From the NCBI RefSeq assembly GCF_009914755.1, contig NC_060926.1: a DNA stretch of 64,000 bases. One strand, 5' to 3'. This document shows, piece after piece, positions 57,009 to 64,000 of the stretch. The DNA comes from the human T2T-CHM13v2.0 reference genome, Homo sapiens. How positions within the stretch are numbered: the first letter of the stretch is position 1; each line of letters begins with the position of its first letter. The notes beneath the pieces were generated by a model, which was not told the origin of the DNA, ran no database searches, and saw only the letters and a program-made list of their open reading frames with translations. The position numbers were made by a program, and so were the translations under genes.

Positions 57009-57668
57009 TAAACCTGACTTACTCTACTGGGATCTTATTTTCTTTGTCACTTGCAGATTTCCATGGGTTTGGAACAATTGGGTTGAACATGCCCCGGAGT
57101 CATCCCATATGAATGAAACACGCCAGGGGTATCTAGGTCTAGAAACAAAACATTTTTCACAGAGCCTGAGTTATGGAGGGCTGCAAAGGAGTGATTGAAA
57201 GTGTTTATTTTTCTCAATACAGACACCTATGAGCCTCTAATATAACTTGGAAAAGTGTTTTCGAATGTCTTAACAAGTATAGACTCATCTATTCTCTTTC
57301 ACCATAGAGCAACCTCCACTTATATTGAATCTTTAATCTAGGGGTACAAAGTACATTTTAGTTTCTAAGCATTAGCTTCTCCTTGAATGAGAAGCTAATT
57401 TATCATCTTTCCATTTAATCAGTGGCAATAATTAGTATGGATGAAAACCATTTTTCCTGTTTCACCTGAATATTTCATTTCTCTTGAAATACCAAGTGTC
57501 AGAGAGTCCCTTTGTTGTTGCTTTTTACTAAAAATAACAGGATTTTCTGGTGTTTTGAGAATGGGAAATTTGGCATGAAAGAAAGGAAATCCAGTTAAAA
57601 TATAGGTTAATTAACCTTGTAGTCCTGAATTCAAATTGTAAATATGAATTTGAACTCAAAAAGTGTTT

Positions 57669-57673
<5 letters not shown>

Positions 57674-57707
<34 letters not shown>
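57674..57707. repeat. (AC)17 microsatellite
   Basis: Direct reading. Confidence 0.92.
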
Positions 57708-57709
<2 letters not shown>

Positions 57710-59030
57710 CCTAGATCTGTCCATTGAAATGGCCTAGAAACAATAACAAACCACAAACGATGAGCACCCTTAAGCCCAGACTGTGATGCTGAAATAATAT
57801 CATTTCCCATCAGAAGAAACCAGGGTTCCTTGATGCAATGGATGCTTCTAGGTCTGCAGCAGAAATTTATATCTTGTCATACCAGATAGCAAGGACACTA
57901 TCAAAGACTACTAGGATCACATCAGAAGGATTCAGAAGATATTCCTTGAAGAGATTCCCATCACAAGGATGGGGCAATTTGAGCATTAAAAAGGATAATT
58001 GCAATGGACTAAAACATATCAAATATGTTTAAAACCCTTACTCCATAGTAATGCTAAAAAAAGAAAAACACCTCTAATGGGTCACAGATGAAGGATGCTA
58101 ATGCAAAAATAATCATTTTGAAAGCTAGTAAAGGGAAAGAACTAAGCATTTGTTCTGTGTTTCCTATAAAAATTGTACCACGGGGTAACAAAAATTGATT
58201 AAAAGGAATTAGCTTTTTATAGGACTATCCCAGCTATAAGTGAAGAAACCCCTAATGAGTCAATGGATCTAAGAATTGACCATCAAAGGCTGCTAATGTC
58301 ACAAAAAGAGAAAAAAAAATGGGACATTATGTGCCTCTAGACAGAGCACACAACTACCTAGGAAGTGATCTTTCAAAAAAAAAAATAAAATCTGAATTTG
58401 ATCAATCCTTTCATTCTTTTTAAAAATAAAAATGTGTATTTTATGAAAAAGAAAATAGAGTAACACATTAAACAATGTGATGTGAATACAATCAACAAAG
58501 CCCAGACTGTAGGAAAATTTATAAGACAAAACACATTTGCATTAACAAATAAAGGCAGGGGTGGAAATTGGGGAGGGGCAGGAAACACAGAGATGAAAAC
58601 AGACTTTAGGAGATCTATCAACCAATTACAATGTGTGAACCTTCTTTGGATCTTGATTCAAACTAACTGTAAAATACATTATGTAATATTTATGAGCCAT
58701 TTAGAAATTTGAGCATTAACTGAAGATTTATAATGATAGGCAATTATAGTTAATTACTTTAAGGGGTGATAATTGTATTATTATGTCTTTTAAAAAGGAG
58801 TCTTTATTTTTTGGAAATAATGCTGAAATGTTTATGGATGAAACAATATGATGTTGAGGATTTGTTATGAAAAAATATGGGAAAGGGGTGAGGATACAGA
58901 TGAAAGAAGATTGGTCATGAAATGATAATTGCTGATGCTTGGTGATGTACCACAGTGGTTCTACTACTGGTAGATACCATCTGGTGGTAATACTATTTGA
59001 TAAACTTAATACTAAGTTGAAAAAAAAATG
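57710..59030 (+). mobile_element. Old L1 (L1MC4/5-like) 3' region
   Basis: gatgagcaccct...gcccagactgtg...catttcccatcagaagaaaccagggttccttg motif and downstream L1MC-type UTR. Confidence 0.6.
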
Positions 59031-59979
59031 GCGGAAAGGTGATTCCCTTCTGATTTGCTTTTATGCTAGTGAAATGCGTGACAGGAATGATAGGAGGGAT
59101 GAGAGGGACTTTGGGTGGTTCTGAGTGTTCATGTAGGTTCGTCAATTGTAGCAAATGTACGACTGTGGTGTGGGATGTGGGGTGGGTGAATATTTTGCTG
59201 GTATGACATGAAGACAGAGTCCTGGCTGAGTTTATAAAAAGCTGTAGGCTTCCTGTTCAGTGGTCAATTCATGTAGTTAGTCTTTGCTGGATTAAGATTC
59301 TGATGTGGGGACCAAGCTAATGGATTCTTTTGTGACAGGCAGGAAAGAAATGTGATTTAGGTAGTGTCTCTGCAAGCTGCAATTTAAAAGAAAAAGGGAA
59401 ACACAGGAGCTTTTATATTGCTATTTTCTTCAAAAAGATTTACATTTTCATCTTATTCAGAGACAATTTACTCAGCGTCAATCAGCTTGAGCAGCCAAAC
59501 TGAACATCATGGCATTATTTTTGCTTTAGGGAAAAGAGAAAAAGAGCAGTGTCACTCAAATAAATTACAGCAGAAACTTATGAATGACAAGGAACTCTGC
59601 TTCAATTCCAGATTTTCGACATCTAAATATGCCCCAAGAAACTTAATATTAAAAACCAAAGATTTTCTCTACTCAAAATGTATTAATTTATTTTGACAGT
59701 TATAGACATTCCTAACAAAATTCCAAAGTATATAGAAATGATACCTAAACTTTTATTTTTTTGCAGTATAGTGTGACATGGAAGTTTATTACTCTCTTTA
59801 TTTTAATAATATTCATAGATTTGTAGAACAAGGTCGTTCTGTTGAGCAAATTGTGATGTTACTTGTTTGGAGCTATGGAAAGTCACCAGTTTCCATACAA
59901 ATTTCCTAAGCTGATGTTTATATACAAAAAAATCTAATTTGTCTTCATTTCACTTTGCATGCATCTTTCAAAAGTATAA

Positions 59980-62140
59980 TTTTAAAATTTAGTAACAGAG
60001 AGTTTTAGGTTGACAGCAAAATTGAGTGCAAAATACAGAGAGTTCCCCTCTAACACCACTGCCCTCCAATCTCCTTCACTATAGACATCCTACACCACAG
60101 TGGTACATTTATTACCACTGATGAACCTACAAGGACACATCACAGTCACCCAAAGTCCCTCTTATCCCTTGCATCATCCCTGTCACTCATTTCACTTGTA
60201 TAAAAGCAAATCTATCATCTATCTGTCATCTATCTATCTATCTCACCTATGTCTGAATATATTGCTGCTATTATTTTAAACATACTGTTATTTGTTGGAT
60301 CAATTAAGACTAAGAAAAATAGAAGTTTTTATTTTACCTTCATTTATTCTCTGATGCTCCTTCTTTCTTTATATAGATCTGAGCTTCTATATCATTTTCC
60401 TTCTCTCTGAAGAACTTCTTTGAATATTTCTTGCAAGGTAGGTCTACTAGCAACAAATTTCCTGAATTTTTGTTTGATAAAAATCAGATAAAATCTGATA
60501 AAAATTCTCCTTCATTTTTAAAGGATACTTTCACAGAGTATAGAATCCTAGGTTGGAGGGCTTTTTTCTCTTAACACTTTAAATATTTCATGCTACTTTC
60601 TTCTTGCTTGGATGACTTCTGAAGAGCAGTCAGATATAATTCTAATCTTTGCTCCTCTAAAGATAAGGTGTTTTTCCCCTCTGGCTTCTTTCAAGATTTT
60701 GTCTTTATCTTTTATTTTCTGAAGTTCGGATACAATATGTCTACGTGTAGTTTTTCGTGCGTTCATCTTGGTTGGTGTTCTCAGAGTTTCCTGGATCTGT
60801 GGTTTGGTGTCTGATATTAACTTGGGGGAAATTCTCAGTTATTATTGCTTCAAATATTGCTTCTTTTCTTTTATTTCTTTCTTTTCCTTCTGATATTCCC
60901 ATTACACAGTTTGAAGTTGTCCCACAGTTCTTGAATATTCTGTTCTGTTTCAGTCTTTTTCCTCTTTGTTTTTCAGTTTTGGAAGTTTGTATCATCATAT
61001 ACTCAAGCTCAGAGATTCTTTTCTCATCTGTGCCCAGTCTACTATAAGGTCAGCAAAAGCATTCTTCATTTCTGTTATGGTGTTTTTGATCTGTAGCATT
61101 TCTTTTTGTTTTTTTTCTTAGACTCTCCACCTCTTTGCTTACAGGATCCAGCTGTTCTTGCATGTTGTCTACTTTTTCCATTAAAGCCCTTAGCATATTA
61201 ATCATAGTTTAAAAGAATTGCTTGTCTGGTAATTTCAACATTCCTGTCATAGCTGACTGGCTCTGATGCTTGTTCTGTCTCTTCAAACTGTGTTTCTTGC
61301 CTTTTAGCATGTCTTGTAATATTTTTGTTGAAAAGTGGATGTAATATATTGGGTAAAAGAAACTGCAGTAAACAGGCCTTTGTGATGGAATGGTAAGGTG
61401 TGAGAGGAGGGGAAGCGTTCTACAATTTTACCATTAGGTCTCAGCCTTTTGGTGAGCCTGTGTTCCTGGACTGCACCCTTGACCAGTGAATGCTTCTCAG
61501 TTATTTTTCCCTGCTTGGTGGGACAGGATGGCTAGAGAGCTGGAGCGGGGTATTTCCTTTCCATCACGTGAAAGGATAGAGCTGGCTGGAGTTGCAGATT
61601 TCCCTTCCTCCAGATAAGTTAGGCTCTGATAAAACTCCAGTAGCAGTCTCTGGTAAAATAGCCTTTCCTGAGGTGGGGCCTTGTTAAGAACAGAATGCTT
61701 TGCTATATTTCAAAATGGTTATTTTTCCTCTCCCTCTGCTGGAAGCATTAGGCAATTTTTCTCTGATATTTCACTGTGATAACCTGATAGATCACCTGGA
61801 GCTAGAACTCACAAAAGTGTGGGGGTCCCTTATGACTGAGTCCCCTACAGTTTTTAACCCTTAGAGTTGTCTGTGTTGAGCCTCCAGCAGTTTTATCATT
61901 GACAGTTCAGATGTTCCTCTCCCAGCACTGGTTCCTCTGGAGATTTCTGCTCATGGGTTTCTGATCCAGGAAGCTGTGATTCTCTGTATCTTTTTATTTC
62001 TCCAGTTTGGGGCAGCAGTGGTTTGCCTTGCGATGGATCTAAGAAGAGTTGTTGATTTTTCAGTTTGTTCAGCTCTTTACTCATTAGGATGGTGTAACTT
62101 CTAAACTTCTTATATGCTCGTCTGGGAACTGGAAGTCTTC
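59980..62140 (-). mobile_element. Old L1 (L1MC/MD-like) fragments including an ORF1 remnant and 5' region
   Basis: agagttttaggttgacagcaaaattgag 3' end; minus-strand ORF1-like peptide SKTEKQRGKRLK...EAIFEAIITENFPQ. Confidence 0.7.
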
Positions 62141-63163
62141 AAAAGTACAGGGTTTTAAACCATGTATTTAACAGAGAGAATGTAAACTGACTTTCTTTGA
62201 TCTCTCTCTTTTTTCTTTTTCTAATATCAGGAGGTCTAAAGGAATTTTTTTTAAAAACATTTAACACTAGCTCCTAAGTGTTGGGGAAATGTATGTGTAT
62301 AGGCCACAATCATACCTTCCTTTAAAACTCTGTGGTTTCCCAGGGTGCTCACATTGGTGGCTGGTCCAGCACAGAATAGGTCCTGCATCTTAGAATGTAT
62401 GGGTGAGGAACCCTAATAGGTTAGCAATGTCACTATCTGTAGCTTTAGGTAAAATCCTGCAAATTATTTCTCTGCAATAAGAAAGTCTAATATTTATTAA
62501 GTATTTACAATGCAGTAGCAACTATGTAATATTTCTTTTAATCCTCACAACAATCCTGTGAGGTAGATACAATTACTGTCCTTATTTTAAAGAAGAGAAA
62601 ACTGAGATATGAAGGGATTAAATAACTTCCCTGAGATCATAGAGCTGGAATTTGAACTTTAGTTCAACTCAGTAGTGGGTAGGTACTCTTTATGCATATG
62701 TTATCCTGCAGTGCAGTCTCTTATATCTGTTTGTATCACCCTACATAATAACCTCAATGAAGAACACTTCCGATCCTAATATTTTTCGATCCAAAACCTC
62801 TAGTGACTTCCTATACCTAGAGAAGAAGTGAAAACTCTTTAGCTTGTAATATTAAGCTGTAGTTTCAATGTCCTACTCTGGCCTTATCTTTTACAACTCT
62901 TTTGCATGTATCTTAATCTCTAATTACACAGTGCTCCTAAAATTTCTCAAAGTTGCCCCATATATTTCCTCCTGCTGAGAAAATTCTTTTTACTTCTTTA
63001 ACCACTAAATCCTACTATATTTCAGACATTTTCAATCCCAGGTGAAAGGCCACTTCCTCTTGAACTTTTATGATAACTTCAATGGGAATTAATCCTCCCT
63101 TCATTTAACTGTTAGAGTTCTTTATTTTATACTTCTTACAACACTCACCACACATTTTCCTGT

Positions 63164-63499
63164 TGCCATGGTTTGAATGTAATATATCCCTCCAAAACGC
63201 ATATGTGATAGTATTAAGAGGCAGGGCCTTCTGGGAAGTAATAAAGTCATGAGTGCTCCATCCTCATGAATGGGATTGGTGCTTTTATAAAAGAGGCTGA
63301 GGGAGTGTCCTAGTCTTGTTTTGCTCTTTTGCCTTTCCACCATGTGAGGGCGCTGCAAGAAGGCCTTCAGCAGACACTGAATCTGCTAGCACCTTAATCT
63401 TGGACTTCCCAGCCTCTAGAACTGTGAGAAATAAATTTCTGTTATTTATAAATTACCCAATATGTGATATTTTGTTATAGTAACAGGAATGACTAAGAA
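63164..63499 (+). mobile_element. MaLR LTR (MSTD/MLT1A-like)
   Basis: tgccatggtttgaatgt...cctcatgaatgggatt...ttggacttcccagcctctagaactgtgagaaataaatttctg...gactaaga. Confidence 0.8.
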
Positions 63500-64000
63500 T
63501 CTATATATGAGTTATTTATTGTATTTGCTGTCACCACTCCCAGATTATAGCAACATGAAGGCATGCACATTACGTAATTTTTAAATGTCCCTTGTCATAC
63601 AAATGCCTTGTAAAAGTTCATTAAATGAATGGCTTTAATTATGCAATAGGGTTATAGAAAGAAAAAATTTTTAAAAACACAGAGAGAGACATCTCAAAGA
63701 TTGAGCAGTAGACTGAATACATGTGCTTATCTCTTCTCTATCCTAAAATCTCATGTGTTAAAATAAATGGTGCTATGAGAAATAACCAGCAGATTAGGTA
63801 CCCTGAAAGATTCTTTTGGTCAAACTAGTTGAAATGCTGGATAAAACATTTTGAAAACATCTTTATAAATGTATGGCTGAGCTGGCATAAAATAAACAAA
63901 TCTATAGAGCTTGCAAATGAAGTAAAAGTATGAACCATGGTAGCCAAACTACCTTCCTAGTGGGATTTACCCTAAAGGTTTCTTTCCAATTCTGGAGACC

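Noticed and set aside
57140-64000. Further PLA2R1 exons (exon 11 and upstream) or a promoter/CpG island
   Set aside because: I found no CTLD3 N-terminal peptide or CpG-rich region; this part looks like repeat-rich intron 11, and the gene's 5' end lies beyond the window.

Overview
Human (primate) genomic DNA, AT-rich and repeat-dense. It holds the 3' part of PLA2R1 (M-type secretory phospholipase A2 receptor, mannose-receptor family) on the minus strand. I traced 19 GT-AG exons by hand (exons 12-30 in the usual 30-exon numbering), totalling 2558 coding nt in one continuous frame. They encode the end of CTLD3, CTLD4-CTLD8, the stalk, the transmembrane helix and the NPxY cytoplasmic tail; the stop is at 6001-6003 and the 3' UTR runs toward position 1. 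The rest is intron filled with Alu, L1, L2/MIR, MaLR/ERVL LTRs and MER DNA transposons. Most ORFs in the supplied track are repeat-derived or chance. I see no new standalone gene or system. The best leads are: (i) a candidate alternative terminal exon after exon 19 that would give a short secreted receptor; (ii) an exon-like segment in intron 11 whose in-phase translation echoes the end of CTLD3; (iii) a TSD-bounded L1 3' transduction; (iv) a twin-primed 5'-inverted young L1; (v) the intron-27 read-through for the known soluble isoform, with a sense L1 in the same intron; (vi) a consensus splice donor 32 nt after the stop codon. Repeat subfamily names and boundaries are by eye and approximate.
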